Of a stretch of DNA of 64,000 nt, positions 50,366 through 61,928 are shown piece by piece (positions within the stretch are counted from its first letter, which is position 1; the number at the start of each line of letters is the position of its first letter). The stretch spans positions 62,001 through 126,000 of the forward strand of contig NW_021831284.1 in the NCBI RefSeq assembly GCF_006345805.1, given 5' to 3'. Source of the stretch: Octopus sinensis. Lineage: Eukaryota. Both the position numbers and the translations under genes were made by a program. The notes below the pieces were generated by a model. It was not told the DNA's origin. It saw only the letters and a list, made by a program, of their open reading frames with translations, and searched no databases.

Positions 50366-51290
50366 TTGTGTCCTTTGAGATGTCCAGGACGAGAACTTCG
50401 TCAGCGTATAGGAAGAAAGTTGTCGAATGGTGAAGGGAAACTGCTTATTACCAAGTTGAATAGAAGTGGACTAAGAAAGATCCTTGCAGCACCCCCCTTT
50501 CGGAGCGTGATGTTTCTTGTATGGAAGCCAGATTCAGATACGAATGAGTTGCTGTTCGAGAGGAAGCACCGCAGTCAGAGCCTCTCCTGTTGGCTTACAG
50601 ATTTGTACCTTCTCCAAGAGGTTCCGATACCATTGACTGTCAAAAGCCTTTGAAATGTTTAATTGTCAGAGGAGGAGCGTGTGGTGGTACTGCGGTTTGG
50701 GCACGACTGGGAAATAACATGCATGGTGATGGACGAGGTGCTGTACAAAATAGCGGAGAAAGTAAAGAACCTTGCAGTGATGTATTTGGTGAATATAACG
50801 AAAATAGGACATACATTGAGAGTGCAGATATTCGACTCAGCGTCTGGGGTTCAGCAAGGGGATACATTAGGATTTCTTCTATTTGCCTTCGCAATGGACC
50901 ATATGGCTGTCAAACCCGCTCAATTTCTGGTATCTTGACGATATCCATACGTTGATATTATTTCGGACTTTGGTCAAATTGGTCTAATCACTCAATGGTT
51001 CCAAGTCGGGGTTCACTCTGCTTTTTCTATTTTATTAGACTTTCGCATTCCTTTCTGAGAAGGTTGCCGGTCTCAGATTGAGAAATCCAAATGATCTGTT
51101 TGTCCTTGGTTCGCCAATCTTTGGTCGAGGGATATCCACATCTATTGCGGATAAGAAACGTGAGTTAGTTCTAACCATGGAACAATTCTCCGAACTTGGT
51201 ACACATGTGGGGCTATTTCTCACTAAAAACTATCTTTGTGTCACTTATTTTTCAATTCCCGCCAATTTAGCTTGATCCTATATAATATTA
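50366..51290 (+). mobile_element. CRE-type RT remnant carrying a captured DIM1 fragment
   Basis: PRGSDTI, SASGVQQGDTLGFLLF, YLDD, LFVLGSPI motifs. Confidence 0.7.
50663..50803 (+). pseudogene. TXNL4A: DIM1/TXNL4A (U5 snRNP thioredoxin-like) fragment, intronless, 47 codons
   Basis: LSEEERVVVLRFGHDWEITCMVMDEVLYKIAEKVKNLAVMYLVNITK vs recalled Dim1 LSEEDRVVVIRFGHDWDPTCMKMDEVLYSIAEKVKNFAVIYLVDITE. Confidence 0.92.
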
Positions 51291-51797
51291 CGTAATCTAA
51301 AAGACACTCTAAATCCACTACGAATCAAATCCACCACAATACTCCTCTCAGCCCCAACAAGTCCTGTACTGACACCAAAAATCATTTTCAAACAGTCACA
51401 AGTAGAGACTCCCAAAGCGTAGAGATCGCTGAGGACATTAGAACATGCTATTCTCCCCTAAAAAGTTACAAACGACCAAAATATTACCATTTTATAAGGA
51501 TCGTCAATATTTGGGTAGAAAAAATCAGTAGTTTGTATTAGACTGAGATCTCCGTACCGCAAAGGGACAATACTGCAGTCAATTCCTTGAATATATAATG
51601 TAAGTTACCCATTAAGGATCTGGAAAAATTTAGATCCATGGGGATGTCCCTCCAGTAGTCTGAGCAGGACTGACTGGTGGACTTTGCACCCTCATCCCTT
51701 TAGTTCGGTGTATTTTGTGAGAGCAAAATCTCTACGTAAGCCGTATTTCGTTGGGTCGAAACCGACTTCTTGTTTATCCTAAGATGATTATATTATA

Positions 51798-54409
51798 TCT
51801 TAATAATAAAATAGTATGGTGTGTGTCTGTCTGTCTTCTGTCTGTGTGTGCACACCAACTTCAAATTGGCAATACGATGTCCTCGACTTACATGATGAGG
51901 TCCTTAAAACCTTCCCCCCAAAAAAAATTAAAAAAAAATTTTCTGCATTTTGGTTAAAATGAACAACTACGATGTCCTCGACTTACATGATGAGGTCCAT
52001 AAAATTTTCCCCCCAAAAAAAAATTGAAAAAAAATTTTCTGCATTTTGGTTAAAATAAACAACTACGATGTCCTCGACTTACATGATGAGGTCCTTAAAA
52101 CCTTCCCCCCAAAAAAAATTAAAAAAAAATTTTCTGCATTTTGGTTAAAATGAACAACTACGATGTCCTCGACTTACATGATGAGATCCATAAAACCTTC
52201 CCCCCAAAAAAAAAATTGGAAAAAAATTTTCTGCATTTTGGTTAAAATAAACAACTACGATGTCCTCGACATTCATGATGAGGTCCATTAAAACCTTCGA
52301 GGCAAAATTTGACTTTGACAGAATGTGCAATTACAGATCGCACGACCTTGAATAGAGTGTGCAATTAACAGATTTTGAAAAACACTTTGATAGTTGAAAC
52401 CACATTAGCACAATCAATAACACAATTTACCACCAATTGACAGCGCAATCAGAAGAATTTGCGTAAAAATATTAACTATTTAGTTAAGTTTTTCGTAAAG
52501 ATAGAATTTATTTTCGGTATGCCTCTTTTCCTAAACTTTTTGGTACTTTTGTCGAAGTGGTCGCAGTTTTTTAGGCCTTTTAAAAAATCTAATAATTTTT
52601 GAGGTGGAATATATTATATTTTATTTAAGTCGCTCTATCAATAATTTAAAATATTATTAAATTTTTTACTAATTTATTTTCTAATTTTTTTAATATTATG
52701 GCGAGCATGTACCTAATATTGATATAAACTGGCACTATAGGTCACATGGAAAATTCTGTTGTGGACTTATGCAACATCAAATTCCGACAGCTCCCAATAA
52801 GTAAGGAGGTGGATATCCTTTCAAAATCACGTATATGTCCGAAGGGACATCAGATGGAATTAGTCTTGGGACCGAAGCTCAATTGGAAATGCTCAAGAGT
52901 TGGTTGTAGAGTCCAATGTTCTATTAAAAAAGGTATAATTTCTCTCAAATAATTCTAGATACCTGGTTAGAGAATTGTAGATTGCCATTTGAGGATGTCA
53001 TCGCCTACATAACTTATGGAGTTACGATAGGCATACCTTCAAATGGCTTCATCACGAATACAATTGGGGTGAACATACTAGTAATTCGATATGTCGAGGT
53101 GGAAGCATTATTTATAGTGACTGCTGGAAAGGTTAGCATTATTTGATTAACATTTAGGGTATTCAACTGATCATTGGTTGAAAACGGCTACACACACGAA
53201 ACCGTTAACCATAAGTAAGGAAATATAATATATTCAGAAAATTCTTTGTGGATCAACGACGGGAGTGCACACCCAGACAGTAGAACGAATGTGGGGAAGT
53301 GCAAAATGCAAGAATAAAGCTCAAAGAGGAGCTGTAAGACATCATCTGGGATCTTATTTCGCAGGTTTTTTTAGTTAGTTATTTTTTCAGTCGACAAAAG
53401 TACCCTTTTTATTATTCAAAAATAATTTTTTCAATAGATAACCGAAGGAGGAAAAACGAAGCTGAAGAAAAAACGGTCAGCTTAAGGTAATTAATTAAAT
53501 CTTTTTTGTGTGTCGCTTTTTTGGCTGCTGCTACTTTGCCTGCCGCATCTCCGCCTGCCCCATTTCCGCCTGCCCCATTTCCGCCTGCCCCATTTCCGCC
53601 TGCCCCATCTCCGCCTGCCCCATTTCCGCCAGTGGTTTGTCTAATCAAGGTCACTAAGCTAAATCTCCGGACTATAAAGGCTCCTAAGCATTATCTTAAT
53701 TGGCTGTTAAAAAAATTAGACAGGTTGTTGCCGTGGCGGCAGAGATTTTTTTTGTTTATACTATTTTACAAATTTTTAAAGTTTTTTATTTGTTTTTTTT
53801 ATTTTTTTTGTTATTTTCTAAAAATTCAACTGGATTGAATTTTTAAACTCCTTAGATCCCTCTGGAATGCCGAATCATCTTTTAAAGTTAAAGATAGGCG
53901 TTCCAGTGGTTTTATTACGAAATCTTGCGCCACCTAAATTATGCAACGGAACGAGGTTAGTTATCAAAAATTTGATGGCTAACGTAATAGAGGCGGCGAT
54001 ATTAACAGGTAACTATAGAGGTGAGGATGTTTATATTCCACGAATTCCGATAATTTCTGATGAATTACCATTTAGATTTAAAAGGCTGCAATTTCCTTTG
54101 AGGATGAGTTTTGCAATGACAATAAACAAGGCCAGGGACAGTCATTAAAGGTAGTTGGGTTATTTTTAGAGAGTGAGTGCTTTTCACATGGACAGCTGTA
54201 TGTGGGATGCTCGAGGGTAGGCAGAAGAGAAAATTTATTCATATATGCCAAGGAAGGACGGACGACAAACATCGTTTATCAACAGGCGATAGAATAGGGT
54301 TACATTAAACCAGGTAGTTTTATACATCTACATAAACTTATAGTTGTTTGATGAAACAGGCCCTCCGCAGGAGCTAGGTCGCGGTGAGCGAAGCGAGCTG
54401 CCGAGCTAG
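51798..54409 (+). mobile_element. Non-autonomous Helitron, copy 2
   Basis: A|TC start, hairpin + CTAG|T end; five 93-95-bp units (51874-52300); Pif1 helicase [34 protein letters not shown] (53867-54296). Confidence 0.93.
52542..53404 (+). mobile_element. Merlin element nested in Helitron 2, transposase with three micro-introns
   Basis: TIR GGTACTTTTGTCGA; absent from Helitron 1 at the same site; CPKGH..WKC, SDCWK|G, TVNH, HTQTVERMWG; introns 52933-58, 53132-57, 53215-37. Only 6 bp (CTTTTT) of flank is duplicated. Confidence 0.9.
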
Positions 54410-54667
54410 TTTAAAATATATGTTTTATTAAAGGTTGAAAAGTAATACAGCACAACCATCAAAAAAATTAGATAATATTTTATTTAATTATTAAAATTTT
54501 AATTAAACAAATAAAAAAAATTATAATTTTTATTTAAAGTTAAAAGTATCTCTGGATTCTTATTTTCCTAACTGAATAAATAGTCGAATCGAGGAGAGTA
54601 CTAATTATTTTTATTTTTTAATCAACAAATTTTTGAATAAATCAATAAATTATAATAATTGTGAATT

Positions 54668-57243
54668 ATGTTAATTCAACAGCCGGTGGTGTTTCTTGTC
54701 TCAAGTAGTCATTACTAACCAAAATTTTTAGGAATATAAAGAATTTGTGCAAGAGGAAGTGAAACCTTTGCCCAAACCAGTGATTGTGAATAAGAAGGAC
54801 CGCATAACGTTGACGGAGTTGGAAGATAAAAAAAAGAATTGGAGATAAGATTGGAAGTTGAGGCCATTAAAATAAGAGAAGAACAAAGTCAGCATTCATT
54901 GAGAGTAAAATCATGTTTTATTTGCCTTTAAGTTGATTGAGGGGAAAAATAGAATTGGTGCAAAGAAGAATCCCTCATAAATTAATGAAATAAACAAGAA
55001 AATAAATTTTTGCAAAAATTTTTCATCGAGGAGCATTTTATTTGGTTGGATTATATAATTGGTTGGTTCTCAACCTTTATTTTTGTATCGCCCTTTTGGA
55101 ATTTTTTTCGCTCCTCCAATTTTTATATCGCCCCCTTATTTCATTAGTAAAAATTTTATTTAAAAAATAAGAGTTTTAATGAGATCCTTGTGGCTGATGA
55201 AGATTGACAAGTTTTTCAAAATTTGTACTTCTTTTCGTAAGTGTAATTCTAATGTCGCCTCTTTCTTCTATATTTAGTTTGTTTCTTTTTTTTCCGATCA
55301 TACCATTCAGAGTGCTGAATCCTCTCTCTACGCAGTATGACGTAGGAAAACCTAATATTATTGGCATCATTTTTTCCCATAATTTCGGGAATTTCATTTT
55401 TATAGATTTTTCTCCCCAGAATTGTGTCAGGTTTTCATTTTTAAATTTTATTTTCAGTTCTTCGTCGTTTTTTAGTTCTATTAATTCTTCTTGACATTCA
55501 TCATCAGAATCATAATGAATGGGCAACCAAGGATTAATCATCCAATCAGAAAAGTTTAAATTAATTAAATCTTCAAATCTTTTTTTCAAATCTTGTTCCA
55601 AAGATTCTAAATGAAATTCATAAATTTTCAGATCGTTGTCATCAAAAGTGTGGTCATAAAAATCGAATTTTCCAAATTTTCTATTACTTAAATTAAATTT
55701 GTAAAATTGAATTTTTTCAATGAATGTATTTATAATTCGTTTGCAATTAATTAAATTAACATAATCTCCTTTTTTGCAATTAAATGATGCCGATGTAAAA
55801 TACAATGAATTGAAGTGGACATTGGAGATTTTTGTTTTAGATAAGCTAAAAAAACCACGATATTTTCCAACCATAGCCATTGCGCCATCTGTTACGCACG
55901 ATAAAATATGTTCAAATGGAATATTATTTAAGAATAAATAAGATTCAAACATTTTGAATATTGACAATCCTGTAGTATCCGTGACTAAAGATTTTGCAAA
56001 TAATAACTCTTCTTGCAAAATAAAATCATCATCGAAATATCTTTATAAAAAGTATTTATAAAAAGTAATACCTTACATATGCCATCAAAATTGACTGATT
56101 ATCAACGACAACTGATTCGTCAAGTTGGACTGAAAACTTGCGTTCTCTGAGAAATAAAATTAAAGATTGTTCAATTTCATTAGAAATTTCATCAATTCTT
56201 CTTCGTATAGTGTCGTTGCTTAATGGAATAGTCTTCATAATATTTGAAGAATCTTTTTGTAAGATATCGTTTATAAATAAATTTAAACAAGGACGGATGA
56301 CATTTTCTGCAATCGAATGGGCATTACCTATAAATTAAAATAATAATGCAACTAGTTTTTGCGATTATCTCTGCAACTTTATATGAATAAGATAATCCAG
56401 AGACATTTTGAGATATATTTTTATTAAAGATTGACGGTAAGGTGTTTTTATTTTCAAAATTCTTTTTTAATTCTAGAAAAAAGTCTGGCTTTTTTCCAAT
56501 TGAATTATGATGTTTTCGCTTTAAATGTTCAATCAAACCAGACGGTTTCATTGCCTCATTCGAAAAAATTGTACCACATTGAAGACAAAGTGGTTTATTA
56601 GGATCTTGAGGATCTTTAATAAATCCAAGAGAAATATATTCATCTTTATACATTCTGACTTTTTTTTGAACACGATCCATAAAGATAACTAGAAATCACG
56701 CTTAGAAATTTAAATAAAATATAATACAAATATCATGTTATTAGACTCGATTATATATCTTTATTTTTTCAAAGATTATTGACTTCTAACATAAGATTTT
56801 AATTTTTCAAATATTAGCAATCAGCCATCGCCCCTCTGGCAGAAAAAATCGCCCCTAGGGGGCGAATCGCCCGCCGTTGAGAACCACTGATATAATTCAT
56901 TTAATGTAGGATGAAGAACAAGATGTTTCAAAACGTGACTTTAATCAGTCAACATTGGAAGACCATTTTGACAAATCAAGACTACCTTGTGTTATGCTGG
57001 TTAGTCTTTAAAAATGCCATTTTTTTATTTCTACAAATATAAATTAAGATGAAAAATTTTTGGATGGCTGGAAGGATAAAATATACTCATTTGGTGCATA
57101 AGGATACAACTATCTTTAATAATTTTCCATGGAAGACGAATCTCAGGGTGGGGTCAGACCCGTCGGAGAAATTGGAGGAATTCGTGATCTTCTTTGTACG
57201 CCCTCCGGAAAAACGGAAATACATGACGTTTGATCGTCCTTGA
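54668..57243 (+). pseudogene. MFAP1: MFAP1 (spliceosomal B-complex protein) homolog, degenerate
   Basis: STAGGV; PKPVIVNKKDRITL; HRGAFYL|DEEQDVSKRDFNQSTLEDHFDKSRLPCVML|MKNFWMAGRIKYTHLVHKDTT. Frameshifts, a stop and missing internal segments. Confidence 0.8.
55061..56889 (-). mobile_element. hAT element, internally deleted, inside an MFAP1 intron
   Basis: Right TIR GTTGAGAACCACTG, left GGTTGGTTCTCAAC (3 terminal mismatches); TSD ATATAATT (55053-60, 56890-97); BED finger PLCLQC..HLKRKH, FSVQLDES, VTDGA, FPTSYCVERGFS. Confidence 0.93.
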
Positions 57244-57489
57244 GTAATTTAAAAAATTTGTCATGATTATTTTTTAAAATGTAAATATTTGTATAATGAA
57301 TTGACGATAACTATTTGTTAGTAGAAGGTCTTTAATTTAATTCTAAAATATAAAGATAACACATTATTATGAAAAAATTGATAAATTTTTAATGTTGTTA
57401 AATGCCTTGCTCATACACCCCTCTACATTAAAATCCGAATACTTAATTTTTAGCAAATTTTTAATGATAATTTTTCGTATTAATATACA

Positions 57490-58250
57490 TTACATTCACT
57501 CGAACAGAGCAGCCTTTTAGATTTTTTTGGTAATTTCAGCCATGTTTAGTCACGAATCAATAGTATTTTTAAAAATCAGTGCATAAAACGAGTATCCCCA
57601 GTATTCCAAAGATTATTAAAATTAAGAATCTTCCTTGCTGCCTGATAATGCTTTTAGAGCATCGAGATCCTCAACCACTTTGCAGTTTTTTGTTTATTGC
57701 AGCTAAATCTTTGTTTAATTCGGTAGGTATTGTGTCTTGGGTTTTTCACAAAATGGGACAAATTAGTTTTCCATCGCAATGTTCCGAGGAGTGAGACTAC
57801 CCAGTCTTAACATTGGCCAAAAAATCGCCATCTGGAATTCAGGATTTCTGTAGAGATCGACTCGAATTACATCGTTTGTATAAGACTGAATTTGATATTT
57901 TTCTTAGGAATTGCATTTTTATAATTTTTTGATAAAATTGGTTCAAACTGTTCATTTCATATTTGGTGATTTCCCATATCGATCCGTTATACGTCAGGAC
58001 CGAGACAACTAACGTGTTATTGTCTTTGTATTTAGCTTTCTTAGACGACAGCTGTTTACGAGTTTATTGTACGCCACATTTGATAGTATCTTACTATGAG
58101 TCACCAGCAGTAATCCAACTTTTTATGCCTTCTCCAGAGTTTATCATAGGTCCGTTTAGCACGAACAATTTTTGTGCATTCCGTGGAATACAATGCCAGA
58201 CAAAAAATTAGATTCGTTATAAATTTTACTTTTTTCTTTGAAAAATTATA
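57490..58250 (-). mobile_element. Highly decayed RTE-like remnant
   Basis: TLVVSVLTYNGSIWEITKYEMNSLNQFYQKIIK resembles the RTE C-terminal motif; many stops. Confidence 0.35.
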
Positions 58251-58269
58251 AACATTTACGACATTTTAG

Positions 58270-60635
58270 CTAGTGAATTACAACTATGTACATCCCACCT
58301 CCCGGCTCTTGTCCAAGGAGCTATTGCCTCCCTACTCTCTCCAATCTTGCACGGATAGACGGGGTCATCTTATGCGGTGACCTCAATGCAAAACACCCCC
58401 TTTGGCTCTCTAATCAGTTGGCGGATACAAGAGGGAAATCTCTAATTTCCCAATTGGATTCCTTAACCATCCTGAACGACCCTTCGAGAAACACAAGAAC
58501 CTCTTTCAGAGGGACCAACAAACCTACGTCACCCGATGTTACTTTATGCTCTCCTTCTCTGGCATCATCTACGGAGTGGTCAGTCTTCTATGAAACGAGA
58601 AGCGACCACAACCCGATAACGGTTAAGATCAAAAGAGAAGTTGTCACCAGGAAAGTTCCAATTCCATACAATTACAAAGCGGCCAACTGGCCACGGTTCC
58701 AAGAGATATTGAACACGAGACTAAAAAATTGCAATCTGTGCAACTTTAGCTCTCTCGACAAGGCCTTCGGCTTCTTCTCGAAGATCATCCTGGAAGCAAG
58801 AGCAATGGCTATTCCTAAACGCCCACCTCACGCTGCTTGTAGTCGAAGGATATCCGGTCTAGCCAAGGAGAGAAATCGCCTCAAAAGGTCAAACCGGATG
58901 TCTTCTGACATAATTACCCGCATCCGACACTTAAACAAGGAATTGAAGTCCAATGAACTCAGACACACCTATTTGAAATGGAACCGCATTCTTTCTACCG
59001 TGAACCGCAATCGTTCAACGGGTAAAGTGTGGAAAGCCATTCGGCACGTGGCCAGGGGGGGACGCTCCCGAACCTTTCGAAGATTTTGATAAAAAAGACG
59101 TGAACAACCTCATGAATTTCTATGCGAAAAATGCACATAAAGATCACAGGAAATCCGACTCACTCCCCTCCAACAGAAGCCTAAAAAACGGGTTGAACCG
59201 CTCCTCCTCTCGGTAAAGGAGGTGGAAGATACCTTGCACTCAACAAAACCTTCTTATTCTTACGGCCCCGACAAAATCCCTGTGATCCTTTTAAAAAACC
59301 TTGGCGTCGAAGGTGTCAGATTCCTAACAGCAATCTTCAACCATTCTATCAACAACAACGTAATTCCGGCATTATGGAAACAAGCCTTAATAAGGCCGAT
59401 ACTGAAGCCTGGAAGACCAAGAGGGGACCCGGCTTCTTTCAGGCCGATTTCCCTGTTATGCTTGATGTCAAAAATCCTGGAAAGACTGGTTCTTGGCAGA
59501 ATAGAAGCTTTCTTACCCGAAAGACATTTTCAACATGGTTTTAAGAATGCGAAGTCCACGTCTTCGTACCTCCAATCCTTGTCTAACTTCATCTGTACCG
59601 GTTTTGCCAGCAAACCGAGGCACCAAAAGACAGTGCTCTGCTCCGTCGACATCCATAAAGCCTTCGATTCCGTCTCGAGGAAGCTCCTCTCAAGGAAGAT
59701 ATTCCAATCCGACTTTCCTCTGAAGCTAAAAATATGGATTACCAACTTCCTAAGTGGACGAAGGGGAAGGGTGTGCCTCGGTGGTCTGAAGTCCAAATCT
59801 CGTCTTCTACCCAACGGAGTACCTCAGGGATCCCCCTTATCCCCGGCCCTCTTCAACCTATTTTTGGAAGACCTCCCTCGCTCCCTCGACAACAATGACA
59901 TTGTTCTCTCATACGCGGACGACATCGTACTAGCCTCATGGGACCGGGACATCCAGAAGGCCTCGGAAAGGCTCCAAGCTAACTTGGATCGGCTAAACCT
60001 ATGGCTGACGGACAACCGGCTCGTGGTAAACGCGGCGAAGTCCGCCACGTCCCTCTTCACCTCGGATAAAAGATTGGGAAGGACGTCAGTCGACTTAAAG
60101 CTGAATAATTTATCCGTTCCCTTCTGCATGAGTCAGACGGTCCTAGGGGTAACCCTCGACATGCAACTCTGTTTCTCCCCACATGTGGACAACCTCCTTC
60201 GCAAATGCAAACAAAAACTGCAAATTCTACGAACCCTATCTGGAATTTGGAAAAACGGGTCGCACCCGGTACTGGCGAATATCTACCGCCAGTACTTCGA
60301 ACCTTGTGTTGCGTACGCTTGCGGATCATGAGGTCCGCGGCTATCGTGGTCCAACAGGAGGCGAATCGAGGAGGCCCAACAAAGGGCCCTCAGATTAACC
60401 GATCGTTGGTCACATGATAGCCAACGCCCCGGTCCAGCCTCTCTGGAAGACCTCATCAAGCTGAACCTGGGCCCGTCAGCGACTGCTCCGCCAAAAACGG
60501 CCTGCCGCCCTGTACGATCTTGTGTGGGCTCGTGGAAAGACCACCGAGCGAGGATGAGGTCCCTGGTTGAGTGCATCGGGATCACGTGACGTTTGTTCGG
60601 TTTTTAGCGTGGTCTTGGTGATTTAATAAATAAAT
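58270..60635 (+). mobile_element. I/Jockey-like LINE (APE endonuclease + RT), 5'-truncated
   Basis: GDLNAKHPLW, SPDVT, SDHNP (58286-59089); RPISLL, QHGF, DIHKAFDSV, GVPQGSPLSP, YADD (59222-60331); TAAA tail. Confidence 0.95.
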
Positions 60636-60639
60636 AACT

Positions 60640-60960
60640 GATTCACAAGGCTAAGGTGAAGATTGTGCCAATTGTTATTACGTGGGATGGAATCGTCTCA
60701 ACGTTCTACCGCAAGTACATGGAGCTCCTTGGGATTGAAGAACGTGTTCGGTCTTACATCCAGACTGTAACGCTGAAGGCCACTCTGGAGAGCATGTTTG
60801 TTGAGTACAAACATGGCTTCAGTGAAATCCTGGACTCTGCAAATTTCGTAAATAGGAACTAACGGAAATATAATTTCTCTATGAAGATCAGCAAGTCCCT
60901 TAAGACATCCAGAGATTGCGCGCCCCAGGAGGAGATTGAAGATCATGGCGAGGACGATCA
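60640..60960 (+). mobile_element. R2/NeSL-like C-terminal fragment
   Basis: KIVPIVITWDGIV..YIQTVTLKATLESM. Confidence 0.8.
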
Positions 60961-61003
60961 ATGTGGAGTCATGGGGAACTCAGAAAGGAAAAATGTATAT
61001 AAA

Positions 61004-61075
61004 GCCTCTATAGCTCAGAGGTAGAGCATTGGTCTTGTAAACCAAGGGTCGGGGGTTCGATTCCCTCTGGGGGCT
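61004..61075 (+). tRNA. tRNA-Thr(UGU)
   Basis: Acceptor GCCTCTA/TGGGGGC, D arm AGCTCAGAGGTAGAGC, anticodon stem TTGGT-CTTGTAA-ACCAA, T loop GGTTCGATTCC. Confidence 0.95.
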
Positions 61076-61229
61076 TAATTTTATAAAAATATATGTCAAA
61101 ATTTTTGATAGTTGTTTCTTCCACAAGATCCTATATTAAAAAAACCTGGTAAACATTTTTCCTTCTAACTAGTTTTTTAAACGCAAGTGGTTCAAATATA
61201 TTCTCTGAACAAAATATAATAAGCTGTCA

Positions 61230-61480
61230 ATCCTGGGCACGTTACGAGGCCCCTCAAGGATCGTAAGATTCTCAAGTACGGCCACCTCTCGAATTCCCTC
61301 CTATTCACAATATTTGCTTTTGAGTCTTCAGGGATCTTCAGCTCCAAGACGATTTACTTCCTTCGCTCCTTCGGCTGACGGATATCAAGAGTAAGACAGG
61401 CTCTAAAAACGTCTGTCGATCCCCGGGATTCGTGGAAATGGCTTTGCTATTTGGAGACTAGCCGAGCGTCTCGTGAGACA
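61230..61480 (+). mobile_element. CRE 3' fragment
   Basis: Collinear with 34050-34325 (FTIFAFESSGIFSSKTIYFLRSFG). Confidence 0.7.
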
Positions 61481-61928
61481 TTAGTTAAATTAATTAAAAT
61501 AGATAAAATGCAAATAATAATGTCAAAAACTTTACGAAGGAATTCAAATATTGATAAAACACGCTTGTGATCATTTTTAGGATCATTGAAAAAGCAAAAA
61601 CATTTTTTTAAATATTTAATGATTTTTTTAAGTTTTTGAATTTATTAATAAAGAAAGGACAAGAGAAAAATCGTCATTGGCAGATAGCCAGAGTATTGCT
61701 GATTTTGACTATGGCTAATTTTTTGATGTTTTACACAAAAAGTTAATTTTTTGATAAAATTTATAAAATATATATGAAAATAACTAAATTAATAATGAAT
61801 AGTTTTAGTTTTTTTTTATTTATGTAAACCAAAAGAGAAATAGTCATTGGCAGATAGCCAGAGTATTGCCTCTGACTATTGCTATAGATATTCTTTCGAT
61901 TTCGATTAATTAATAATTCAAAATTTAA

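Noticed and set aside
53506-53838. Proline-rich plus-strand ORF (PPAPF repeats)
   Set aside because: It is a translation of the 15-bp Helitron minisatellite plus A/T runs, with no independent coding evidence.
59530-60585. Several overlapping and antisense ORFs as separate genes
   Set aside because: They are alternative-frame shadows of the GC-richer LINE RT and its 3' end.
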